Assembly: GCA_017613255.1 (NCBI GenBank)
Contig: JAGAEF010000307.1
Coordinates: forward strand, 1-45,063
DNA length: 45,063 nt
Reading direction: 5' to 3'
Source of the DNA: Lentisphaeria bacterium
GTDB taxonomy: Bacteria; Verrucomicrobiota; Lentisphaeria; Victivallales; UBA1829
The position numbers were made by a program, and so were the translations under genes. The first letter of the stretch is position 1, and each line of letters starts with the position of its first letter. The notes below the pieces were generated by a model. It saw only the letters and a list, made by a program, of their open reading frames with translations, had not been told where the DNA came from and did not search any database. Positions 18,374-29,256 of the stretch are shown here, one piece after another.

Positions 18374-19393
18374 TTACGCTTTGGCTTTGAATGCTTTGAT
18401 CATCATGGGAATGACGCTGTTGAGATCGCCGATGATCCCGTAGTGGGCCACGGAGAAGATGGGGGCGGAAGGATCGGTGTTGACGGCGATGATCTTCTTG
18501 CTTTCGCTCATTCCGGCGCGGTGCTGCACGGAACCGGAGATCCCGCAGGCGATGTAGAGCTTGGGCCGGACGGTCACGCCGGTCTGCCCCACCTGATAAT
18601 CGTGGGAGATCCAGCCCGCATCCACGGCGGCGCGGGAGGCGGCCATTTCCCCGCCCAGCGTGTCGGCGAGATCCCGGATGAGTTTGAAGTTTTCCTTGCT
18701 GCCCACGCCGTATCCGCCCGCGACGATGACCTGCGCGCTTTTCAGATTCACCGTGCTTTCCTGACGCACCCTTTCCATGACTTTGAGGACCGTCTCCTTT
18801 TCCGTAAGGGCGACCTTCACTCTCGTGACGGTCCCTTTGCGGGAGTCATCGGGAGCTCCCATTTTCATGACGCCTTCCCGCACGGTGACCATCTGGGGAT
18901 CGTCCCAGGAGTTCACGATGGTGGCGATGATGTTTCCGCCGAAAGCGGGGCGGATCTGCATAAGTTTGTCCTTGTAGGACTTCTTGTTGACCTTGTCCTC
19001 GAAGTCGTCGATCTGCAGATCGGTGCAGTCGGCGGTCAGGCCCGCCCTTTTCTGGGAGGCGATGCGGGGAGCAAGCTCCCGCCCCTTCATGGTGGCGCCG
19101 AAGAGCAGGATGTTGGGTTTGTGTTCCAGGATCAGATCCATGATGACCTTGGCGTAGGGCAGGACCGTGAAGGGTTCCAGCCGCTCGTCTTCCGCAAGGA
19201 ACACATTGGAGCAGCCGTAGCGGAAAAGAGTTTCCGCGCAGCTTTCCACATGATTTCCCAGAAGCACCGCCTCCACCTTCGTTCCCAGACGGGAGGCAAG
19301 GTCGCAGGCCTTGGAAACAAGTTCGAGACTTACATCGGCAAGTTTGCCGCCTTCCTGTTCGGCAAATACCCACACATTTCCTCTGTTTTCCAT
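18374..19393 (-). CDS. etfA: Electron transfer flavoprotein subunit alpha
   Basis: VWVFAEQEGGKL, and the C-terminal FAD-binding region SRAAVDAGW...QVGQTGVTVRPKLYIACGISGSVQHRAGM. The ATG at 19393 is preferred, with GTG 19402 as the alternative. It lies directly downstream of etfB. Confidence 0.9.
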   Translation of the reverse strand: MENRGNVWVFAEQEGGKLADVSLELVSKACDLASRLGTKVEAVLLGNHVESCAETLFRYGCSNVFLAEDERLEPFTVLPYAKVIMDLILEHKPNILLFGATMKGRELAPRIASQKRAGLTADCTDLQIDDFEDKVNKKSYKDKLMQIRPAFGGNIIATIVNSWDDPQMVTVREGVMKMGAPDDSRKGTVTRVKVALTEKETVLKVMERVRQESTVNLKSAQVIVAGGYGVGSKENFKLIRDLADTLGGEMAASRAAVDAGWISHDYQVGQTGVTVRPKLYIACGISGSVQHRAGMSESKKIIAVNTDPSAPIFSVAHYGIIGDLNSVIPMMIKAFKAKA

Positions 19394-19398
19394 AATGC

Positions 19399-20292
19399 TC
19401 ACCCTAAAGTATGGTCTGTAATCAGTTCATGGATCAACTGGGAAACCCCCGCTTCCGTGGGCTCCACGTTCTTGAAGTCGCCCGCCGTCAGCACCACGCT
19501 CATGATCTGCTTGACTTTGGTGGGGGATCCGGCCAGCCCGCAGCGCGCGGGATCCGCTCCGGCTTCCGCAGCGGTGTACTCGGTGATGAGAAGACCTTTT
19601 TCCGCATACTTCTTCTCGAATTCCGCAACGGCGGAAGCCTTGTCTGCATCGGCGGGGAGCGTGGAGGCGAATTCGCTTCTTCCCATGGCCTTTTTGTACT
19701 TCATGACCCTCTTGGCATTCCGGGGCCGGGGGGTATTGGCATCCACCACGGTCAGCAGAGCGGGAAGGGGGGAGGAAAGAACTTCATACCCGCCTTCGAT
19801 GGCGCGTTTGGCCACGATTTTTTCCTTGGAAAGTTCCCGCACTTCCTGCACGTAGGAGATCTGGGGGATCCCCAGCTTTTCGGCGATCTGGGGGCCCACC
19901 TGCGCGGTGTCCCCGTCGATGGCCTGCCGTCCGCAGAGAACCAGATCGAAATCCCCGATCTTTTTGGCCACGCAATGGAGGGCGTAGCTTGTGGCCAGCG
20001 TATCGGATCCGGCGAATGCCCGGTCGGTGAGAAGCACGGCCTCATCGGCACCCATGCACAGCGCGTCCCGCAGGACTTTGGCGGCATTGGGGGGCCCCAT
20101 GGTGGCGGCCACCACCTTGACGTCCTCATAGCGGTCCTTGAGCTGGAGCGCCAGTTCCACGGCGTTCAGGTCTTCAGGGTTGAAAATGGCAGGCAGAGCT
20201 GCCCGGTTCACTGTGCCGTCAGGCTTCATCGCATCGCCCGTCACGTTTTTCGTATCAGGCACTTGCTTCACAAAAACGATGACTTTGTACAC
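19399..20292 (-). CDS. etfB: Electron transfer flavoprotein subunit beta
   Basis: GTG start with an AAGGAG RBS 6 nt upstream. Motifs are KVIVFVKQVPDT, NPEDLNAVELAL and DLVLCGRQAIDGDTAQVGP. Confidence 0.9.
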   Translation of the reverse strand: MYKVIVFVKQVPDTKNVTGDAMKPDGTVNRAALPAIFNPEDLNAVELALQLKDRYEDVKVVAATMGPPNAAKVLRDALCMGADEAVLLTDRAFAGSDTLATSYALHCVAKKIGDFDLVLCGRQAIDGDTAQVGPQIAEKLGIPQISYVQEVRELSKEKIVAKRAIEGGYEVLSSPLPALLTVVDANTPRPRNAKRVMKYKKAMGRSEFASTLPADADKASAVAEFEKKYAEKGLLITEYTAAEAGADPARCGLAGSPTKVKQIMSVVLTAGDFKNVEPTEAGVSQLIHELITDHTLG

Positions 20293-20399
20293 AAGTAACT
20301 CCTTGCATTTTTGTTATGTTTATGGTTTGCAATCTCTTACGCCTTTTCCGGGAAGAAAGACGATACTCCCCCGGAACGAAATGACCCGTTATAGTATAT

Positions 20400-20427
20400 A
20401 ATATAGCACACTTTCGCCGTTTGGCAA
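20400..20427 (-). promoter_or_regulatory. Candidate promoter TTGCCA-N16-TATATT (etfB-etfA-acd operon, minus strand)
   Basis: On the minus strand, TTGCCA lies at 20427-20422 and TATATT at 20405-20400, about 105 nt upstream of the GTG at 20292. It abuts the folP stop codon. Confidence 0.45.
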
Positions 20428-20428
20428 G

Positions 20429-21313
20429 TCAATTTTTCAAAGCTGCGGAAAAAGTCTTCAGGAACATGACCGCATTGCCCACGTCGTGCACCCGGACGAA
20501 TTCGATTTTCGCGAGTTTCAGGATTGCCAGAATCCCCAGAGTCGCCCCGTCCCTTTTTTCCGGAACCGTTTCGGAACAAAGCTCCTTGAGAAAACTTTTT
20601 CTGGAGGGGGCGTAAAACAGGGGACGAAACACCTTTTCCCGGAGGATCGCGGCCTCCCGGCACAGTTCCAGATCCTGCGCAGGGGTCTTGGCAAATCCCA
20701 GCCCCGGATCCAGAAGGATGCTTTCTTTCTTCACTCCGTATGCTTCGGCCTGTTCCGCGGCGGAGTTGAGAAAATCCCCCACCTCCTCCGTCACATTGCC
20801 GTACCGGAGAAAACGTTCCTCCTTCATGTTCTGCGGCGTTCCCCGGGAGTGCATGAGAATGACGCCCGCGGAGCTTTCCGCCATGACCTTTCCCATGTCC
20901 GGATCGAACCGCATGCCGGAAACGTCGTTGATGATGTCCGCTCCCGCCTCCACGGCTTCCGCCGCCACGGCGGCTTTCCGGGTATCCACGCTGATGACCG
21001 CTTCGGGTCTCTCCTTCCGCAAAGCCCTGATGAAGGGGATGACTCTCTTTTTTTCCTCTTCCACGGTGATCTCTTCCGAGCCCGGCCGGGTGGATTCTCC
21101 CCCCGCATCGATGGCGAATGCTCCCTCGTCCAGAAAGGCGCAGGCCGCCTGCAGAGCGCTTTCCGTGCCGGAAAATCTGCCCCCGTCGCTGAAGGAATCG
21201 GGGGTGAGATTGATGATCCCGAACACCTGAGGAAAGGGAAAGTTCCCGCAGGAGATCCAGCCGTGCCGGGGGAGAAAAAACATTTCTTTTCCGCCGCTTA
21301 CCGGCACGTCCAT
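20429..21313 (-). CDS. folP: Dihydropteroate synthase
   Basis: Motifs are GIINLTPDSFSDGG, DAGGESTRPG, SVDT, INDVSG and DPGLGFAKT. The ATG lies 3 nt after the gyrA stop, with a GGAGGAAG RBS inside the gyrA 3' end. Confidence 0.95.
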   Translation of the reverse strand: MDVPVSGGKEMFFLPRHGWISCGNFPFPQVFGIINLTPDSFSDGGRFSGTESALQAACAFLDEGAFAIDAGGESTRPGSEEITVEEEKKRVIPFIRALRKERPEAVISVDTRKAAVAAEAVEAGADIINDVSGMRFDPDMGKVMAESSAGVILMHSRGTPQNMKEERFLRYGNVTEEVGDFLNSAAEQAEAYGVKKESILLDPGLGFAKTPAQDLELCREAAILREKVFRPLFYAPSRKSFLKELCSETVPEKRDGATLGILAILKLAKIEFVRVHDVGNAVMFLKTFSAALKN

Positions 21314-21316
21314 TTC

Positions 21317-24157
<2,841 letters not shown>

Positions 24158-24205
24158 TTTCTTTCCGTTTCCGTAAAAGGGTTGATTTCCTGAAAATATT
24201 CGCGG

Positions 24206-24234
24206 TAATATACACCGTCAGGAAGCGGATTGCA
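24206..24234 (-). promoter_or_regulatory. Candidate promoter TTGCAA-N17-TATATT (gyrA-folP, minus strand)
   Basis: On the minus strand, TTGCAA lies at 24234-24229 and TATATT at 24211-24206, about 50 nt upstream of the ATG at 24157. Confidence 0.5.
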
Positions 24235-24264
24235 AACTTTTTGCGCGTGTGCGCGTGAAATTCT

Positions 24265-24305
24265 TTTAAAAAAAGAGAGCGATCCTCCCGATTTCGGGGG
24301 ACCGC
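24265..24305 (-). terminator. Rho-independent terminator of the NMO/FabK-like gene
   Basis: The minus strand reads GCGGTCCCCC-GAAATC-GGGAGGATCGC (stem with one G-U pair and one mismatch) followed by TCTCTTTTTTT. It lies 29 nt after the stop codon at 24334. Confidence 0.6.
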
Positions 24306-24333
24306 TTCCTGTGCGCCGAAGAAAAAGGAGGTG

Positions 24334-25383
24334 TCACTCGCCTTCCAGCGCGTCGAAAAACTCCTTCACGGGATAGATCTTCTTCACGTCGTCCACCCGG
24401 CATCCCACCATGTAGAGACCGTGTTCCACATCTCCGTTTTTCGTGGCAAGAAGCGCACGGGCTATGCAGAAAAGGGATTTGGCCGGATTGCAGGAGCGGA
24501 GACACCGGTAGGGACAGGTGAACTTTTCCTTGCCCCCTTCCAGAACTCTTTTCACCAGAGGGGTTTTCAGGACCCGCACAGGGAGCCCCACGGGGCTCTT
24601 GATGACTACGATGTCTTCGTTGGAGGCATCGATGAGCACCTGTTTGCTCTTTGCGTCGATCCCCGCCTCTTCCGTGGTGATGAAATGGGTGCCCACCTGC
24701 ACGCCGTCGTAGCCCATTTTCAGAAACCTTTCGATGTCTTCCTTTCCCGTCACGCCTTCCGCGGCAAGGACGGGGTGATCCAGACCGTAGCGCGCCATGA
24801 CCTCTTTCACTTCCTTGAGCAGGATATCCATGGAGCAGGTCTCCGGATGGGCGAGCATCTCCGGCGTGAAGCCTAAGTGTCCTCCGCACAGCGGCCCTTC
24901 GATGATGACCGCGTCGGGCTTGCGGGCGTACTTGCGCAGCCAGGTCTTGACCACCACTTCATAGGCTCTCCCGCTGGAAATGACGGGGATGAGGGCGATA
25001 TCCGCATCTCCCACATATTCGGGCAGAAGAAGGGGCAGCCCCGCGCCGGAAATGATGTAATCCACCTTTTCCTGCACGGAGGTTTCCACGATCTCCCTGT
25101 AATTGGAGAGCGCGACCATGATGTTCACGCCCAGATTGGGCTTGTTGTCGGAAAGACTTCTTGCCCGGCGGATCACGTTGGCAAGCTCTCCGCTGCACAC
25201 TTCCACGAAATGGGTCTTCCCCCGTTCCGGATCCCCCAGCCCCACGCTGGCGATGGTCCCCATGCCCCCCAGCTTGACTACTGCGGCGGCCAGTTCCGCG
25301 CTTCCGATGCTTACTCCCATCCCCGCCTGGATCACAGGGTACTTGATTTCCAGATTTCTTATCTTCAATGAGGGCAGTTTCAT
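24334..25383 (-). CDS. Nitronate monooxygenase / enoyl-ACP reductase FabK-like FMN oxidoreductase
   Basis: Motifs are YPVIQAGMGVSIGSAELAAAVVKLGGMGTIAS, PLCGGHLGF and a TIM-barrel NMO pattern. The start at ATG 25383 has a GGGAGA RBS. The upstream in-frame ATG at 25458 is the alternative. Confidence 0.8.
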   Translation of the reverse strand: MKLPSLKIRNLEIKYPVIQAGMGVSIGSAELAAAVVKLGGMGTIASVGLGDPERGKTHFVEVCSGELANVIRRARSLSDNKPNLGVNIMVALSNYREIVETSVQEKVDYIISGAGLPLLLPEYVGDADIALIPVISSGRAYEVVVKTWLRKYARKPDAVIIEGPLCGGHLGFTPEMLAHPETCSMDILLKEVKEVMARYGLDHPVLAAEGVTGKEDIERFLKMGYDGVQVGTHFITTEEAGIDAKSKQVLIDASNEDIVVIKSPVGLPVRVLKTPLVKRVLEGGKEKFTCPYRCLRSCNPAKSLFCIARALLATKNGDVEHGLYMVGCRVDDVKKIYPVKEFFDALEGE

Positions 25384-25627
25384 AAATTCTCCCGATGCCT
25401 TTTCGATTTTTTTATGTAAAGATACCACGTTTTTCCGACAAATCAAGTCTTTTTCCAATCTTTTTCCGATTGATCCCCATTTTCTTTCCGGCAGTGCGGA
25501 AAGGCCCGGAAAAAACGGCCGGACAACATTTTTTGTTCGCGGGAAAAAGGCGTTTTTTCCGGCGAAAACGGGTTTTCCCCGGTCGAAAAAAAAGGGATTT
25601 TTTTATTTTTTCCCTTCCCTTTTCCCA

Positions 25628-25655
25628 TTGCATTTTTGCCCGGGCGTGCTATCTT
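25628..25655 (+). promoter_or_regulatory. Candidate promoter TTGCAT-N16-TATCTT (Fe-ADH gene)
   Basis: Hexamers at 25628-25633 and 25650-25655, leaving a leader of about 120 nt before the ATG at 25779. Confidence 0.35.
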
Positions 25656-25778
25656 CCCGGGACCAAAAGGAAAGGAGGAAGCGTTCCCCCGGCGGGGTAC
25701 GGGGGCAATCCTTGGCAGGGGCGGGCGGAAACACCCGCCGGAAAGAAAAAGAAAACTACTTTTGCAAGGGGGGAAATC

Positions 25779-27005
25779 ATGTGGACAAAAGCAGTGGACA
25801 TCTATTCGGTGAGGGAGATCCGGACAAGAAGCGAACTTTTCCTTGGCGTGGGGGCCATGGGACGTCTGGGGGAACTTTTGAAGATCCTTAAGGAGCACGG
25901 GGCGGATCCGCTCCTTCTCCTGACGGGGAAACGCTCCTTCCGCAGGTCGGGCGCGGAAAAGGAGGTGATGACGGCCCTGAAGGAGTCGGGGATGAAATGG
26001 AGCACTTTCGTGAGTTCCGAACCGGAGATCCCGGAACTGGAAAAGGCGGCGGAATTCGGCGCGGCAAACGGAGCGAAAGCCGTTCTTGCCGCAGGGGGCG
26101 GACACGTCATGGATGCGGGAAAGATCCTTGCGCTTCTTCTGGCGCAGAAGGAAAAAAGAGGCGTGAAGGCGCTTCTGGATCCGTCCTTCGTCCCGGACGG
26201 CGTTCTTCCTCTTCTCGCGGTGAACTTAAGTCACGGTTCCGGCAGCGAAAACAATCCCCTTGCCCTTCTTTCCTGTCCGAAGGAAAAATGGAGCCGCTTC
26301 CTCCGGTCGGAGCTTTTCTATCCCTGGAAGACGATCTGCGATCCCTCCTTTGCCGTCACCGTGCCCAAACAGGCAACCAGATGTTCCGCCGTGAATGCCG
26401 TAAGCCACGCTCTGGAAAGCGTCGCCGGGGAGGAGACCAACGCCCTGAGCATTCTGCTTGCCCATGAGATCGTCCGTCTTGTGGCAACCTATCTGCCTCA
26501 GGTGGAAAAGGATCCCTCCGATCTGGAAGGAAGGTATTTTCTCCAGTTCGCCTCCCTTCTTTCCGGACTTGCCTCGGACAATGGGGGCGTCCGTTTTGCC
26601 CACGCTCTGGCTCATCCCCTCCGTTTTCTGCGGCCGGGACTGCCTCACGAACTGGGGGTTTCCGTTCTCCTTCCGGGGGTGCTGAAAAGGCTCTATCCCG
26701 CCTGCGGGAAAGTGCTCGCTTCTGTGCTTGCCCCCATCGTCCCGGATCTGACCGGGAGTGCGGAGGAGGCCCAGGAGGCTTCTTGTGGTCTGGAAAACTG
26801 GATCTCCGCCTGCGGCGTGAAACTTTCTTCCGACGACGCGGCGTTCCTGCGGGAAAATCTGGACGAACTTGTGGAGACGAGCTATCAGGACCCCTGCCTT
26901 GCCCAGCTCCTTTCCACCAGTCCTCTGGAACCCTCCCGGGATGCCGTCCGGTCTCTTTTCGACGACGCCCTCACTTCCGCAAGAGGCGGGGAACAGGCCG
27001 AATAG
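25779..27005 (+). CDS. Iron-containing alcohol dehydrogenase family protein
   Basis: Start at MWTKAVD with an AAGGGGGG RBS. AAGGGHVMDAGK corresponds to the GGGS..D..K motif, and FAHALAHPL is the His cluster for metal binding. The ORF track's upstream extension from 25395 is low-complexity and is rejected. Confidence 0.75.
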   Translation: MWTKAVDIYSVREIRTRSELFLGVGAMGRLGELLKILKEHGADPLLLLTGKRSFRRSGAEKEVMTALKESGMKWSTFVSSEPEIPELEKAAEFGAANGAKAVLAAGGGHVMDAGKILALLLAQKEKRGVKALLDPSFVPDGVLPLLAVNLSHGSGSENNPLALLSCPKEKWSRFLRSELFYPWKTICDPSFAVTVPKQATRCSAVNAVSHALESVAGEETNALSILLAHEIVRLVATYLPQVEKDPSDLEGRYFLQFASLLSGLASDNGGVRFAHALAHPLRFLRPGLPHELGVSVLLPGVLKRLYPACGKVLASVLAPIVPDLTGSAEEAQEASCGLENWISACGVKLSSDDAAFLRENLDELVETSYQDPCLAQLLSTSPLEPSRDAVRSLFDDALTSARGGEQAE

Positions 27006-27068
27006 GCAGGGGGACGGCCGGGGGACATTCCCCCAGCCCTCCCCGTGCCCCGATTCCGGAAAAGGAAT

Positions 27069-27097
27069 TTGAATATGGCGGGAAGGCGCAGTATATT
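27069..27097 (+). promoter_or_regulatory. Candidate promoter TTGAAT-N17-TATATT (pgi)
   Basis: Hexamers at 27069-27074 and 27092-27097, about 36 nt upstream of the ATG at 27133. Confidence 0.5.
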
Positions 27098-27132
27098 ATA
27101 AGGAAAAGATTTCGAACCAGAAAGGACAAACC

Positions 27133-28728
27133 ATGGACAAAAGTATTTTTCAGGCACGGTGTGCACAATACAACTTTACCGACGGCGCTTCCGCGTTCAG
27201 CATGAATTATGCCGGGATGAATTTCGACGAAAGCGCATTGGAGGCTATGGAACAGCGTTTCCCCGCCGTCCATGAGGAGATGGAAAAGATCGAACTGGGG
27301 GAGATCAAAAATCCGGACGAACACCGGAAAGTCACCCACTTCACCGACCGTTCCAGCTATACGGGCAGCACCGTGTACGCCCAGGTGGAAGAGTTCGCTT
27401 CCGCCGTCCGGGAAGGGAAAATAAAAGGCGGCACGGGAAAGAAGTTCGAGTCCGCCCTCATCAACGGAATAGGCGGTTCCGCTCTGGGGCCCCAGCTGCT
27501 GCAGATGGCCATCAACGGCCCTTACTGGAACGAAAAATCCTCTGTTGCAAGGAAAGGAAATCTCAAGATCTATTTTCTGGACAATACGGATCCGGCCGGC
27601 CTGCATGACGCGCTGGAAGTCTGCGACCTGGAGACCACCCTTGTGGTGAACGTTTCCAAGTCCGGCGGGACGCAGGAGACCAAAAACAACATGCTGGTGG
27701 CCATGCAGGCCTTTGCCGATGCGGGACTGGATTTTTCCAAACACGCCTGCGCCATCACCATGGCGGGCAGCGAACTGGACGCAACGGCCCGGAACGGGAA
27801 CTGGCTCAAGGTCTTCGAAATGGCCGAATCCATCGGCGGACGCACCAGCGAAACCAGCATCGTGGGGCACCTGCCCGCGGCGCTGGCGGGTATCGATTTC
27901 GCCGCCCTCCTCCACGGGGCCTGCCACATGGATTCCCTGACGAGGAGAGAGTCCTTCCGGGAAAATCCCGCCTACATCCTTGCCGCGCTCTGGTACATTG
28001 CCGGGCGGGGCAAAGGGGACAGGAACATGGTCATCGTGCCCTATTCCGACCGCCTCATCCTCTTCTCCCGCTATCTGCAGCAGCTGGTCATGGAAAGTCT
28101 GGGCAAGGAAAAGGATCTGGACGGGAACACGGTCCATCAGGGACTCAACGTGTTCGGCAACAAGGGGGGGACCGACGCCCACGCCTTCATCCAGCAGCTC
28201 AACGACGGCAGGGACGATTTCTTCATCACCTTCATCGAAGTCCTGGAGGACGCCATGACCGCCAACGTGGCGGGTTCCGTCACCATGGGGGATTATCTCC
28301 ACGGCTTCCTTACCGGGCTTGCCGGAGCCCTGCGGGGGAAGGGGAGACAGACCATCGAAATGCGTGTCGCCAAGGTGGATGAATACAATGTGGGTATGCT
28401 GATCGCGCTGTACGAGCGGGCCGTGGCCGCCTATGCCGAACTTATCCACATCAACGCCTTCCACCAGCCCGGCGTGCAGGCGTACAAGCTGGCCAGCAAG
28501 GGCGTGATCCATCTTCTCGGGGAAGTGGAAAAGGCTCTGCCGCTTCTGGCGCCCTTTACCGGAACCGCGGAAGAGCTTGCCGGAAAACTGGGCATGGAAG
28601 AGGATCTCTACATTCTGGAAGGGATTCTTGCGAAACTTGCCGCCAACAACGGAAAGAGGCTCCTTGCCGTGCATGTTTCCCGGGAGTGGAAGGACTCCAG
28701 CTGGGTCTATACCATCGGGAAAAAGTAA
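27133..28728 (+). CDS. pgi: Glucose-6-phosphate isomerase
   Basis: PGI signatures are INGIGGSALGPQLL, VNVSKSGGTQET, VPYSDRL, GNKGGTDAHAFIQQL and INAFHQPGVQAYK. Confidence 0.93.
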   Translation: MDKSIFQARCAQYNFTDGASAFSMNYAGMNFDESALEAMEQRFPAVHEEMEKIELGEIKNPDEHRKVTHFTDRSSYTGSTVYAQVEEFASAVREGKIKGGTGKKFESALINGIGGSALGPQLLQMAINGPYWNEKSSVARKGNLKIYFLDNTDPAGLHDALEVCDLETTLVVNVSKSGGTQETKNNMLVAMQAFADAGLDFSKHACAITMAGSELDATARNGNWLKVFEMAESIGGRTSETSIVGHLPAALAGIDFAALLHGACHMDSLTRRESFRENPAYILAALWYIAGRGKGDRNMVIVPYSDRLILFSRYLQQLVMESLGKEKDLDGNTVHQGLNVFGNKGGTDAHAFIQQLNDGRDDFFITFIEVLEDAMTANVAGSVTMGDYLHGFLTGLAGALRGKGRQTIEMRVAKVDEYNVGMLIALYERAVAAYAELIHINAFHQPGVQAYKLASKGVIHLLGEVEKALPLLAPFTGTAEELAGKLGMEEDLYILEGILAKLAANNGKRLLAVHVSREWKDSSWVYTIGKK

Positions 28729-28984
28729 AAAAGCCTTTCCTTTTCTTTCCGGATCCGGGAAGACGTGTTTTTTTCCGAAAAGGGAGAAAAACGCCTTTTC
28801 CGGGGACGAATTTTCGTTTTTTTTTCGATCCGGACTTTTATTTTTTAAAAAGAGAGTTATTGTTATAGTGAGGGCTTGGACTTTTTCCGAAAGGAAACGG
28901 TCCGGCGTTAACATATTTCATGGAAGTAAACATTTCAAGCGGACGAACTTTTTGTCCGTATGCGCTGTAACGGGCGATATTCGG

Positions 28985-29200
28985 AACCTCTCCTTCCGGC
29001 ACGTTGGTATGCCGGAAGAGGCGGGATACCCCTGCCGGAGAGGGCTTTTTCCGGAATGAGGCTTTTACGGCGGTGCGGAAATAAGGTCTGTCCGCGTCGG
29101 GGCGTATTGCCGCCGGGATAGGCAGATATGATTCTGACCGGAAACAGCAGCGGGAAGCAGAGGTCGCAGAAAAGGTGACCTGTGCTTCCTCTTGTTTTTT
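28985..29200 (+). ncRNA. Candidate structured RNA: either a 6S(SsrS)-like sRNA or a cis-acting leader/attenuator of the downstream 5-formyl-THF cyclo-ligase gene. The 5' boundary is uncertain.
   Basis: A 528-nt gap between pgi and the next gene has no credible ORF. Several helices are present. A long-range pairing 28985-28997 / 29153-29165 competes with the terminator stem. The element ends in a strong intrinsic terminator. A weak possible promoter is TTGTCC (28952-28957)-N18-GATATT (28976-28981). 6S RNA is classically located directly upstream of this gene family (ygfA). Confidence 0.3.
29153..29200 (+). terminator. Strong rho-independent terminator 57 nt upstream of the 5-formyl-THF cyclo-ligase start codon
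   Basis: GGAAGCAGAGGTC (29153-29165) pairs with GACCTGTGCTTCC (29177-29189) as a 13-position stem with a single G.G mismatch and an 11-nt loop. It is followed by TCTTGTTTTTT. Confidence 0.75.
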
Positions 29201-29256
29201 CCGGAGGAGAAATGAAGCCGTTCCGGTAAGATGCGTTTCGCTTTTCAGAGGCGGAA

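Noticed and set aside
16598-19855. 1085-aa ORF on the + strand opposite acd-etfA-etfB
   Set aside because: This is the same shadow-ORF phenomenon. It crosses three real gene boundaries on the opposite strand, and it has no RBS and no motifs.
25395-25778. Upstream extension of the Fe-ADH ORF (536-aa version), and similarly 40540-40764 for murA, 42796-42936 for the thioesterase-like gene, 43149-43286 for rhaM and 37796-37936 for the GGQ gene
   Set aside because: The extensions translate A/T-tract intergenic DNA into low-complexity peptide and contain the predicted promoters. In each case an internal ATG with a good RBS coincides with the start of homology.
29134-29163. CTGACCGGAAACAGCAGCGGGAAGCAGAGG, reminiscent of the SRP RNA domain IV motif (GGUCCGGAAGGAAGCAGC)
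   Set aside because: The GNRA-type tetraloop would not be closed by a base pair, and the symmetric and asymmetric loop sequences do not match. The GGAAGCAGAGG part is better explained as the 5' arm of the terminator.
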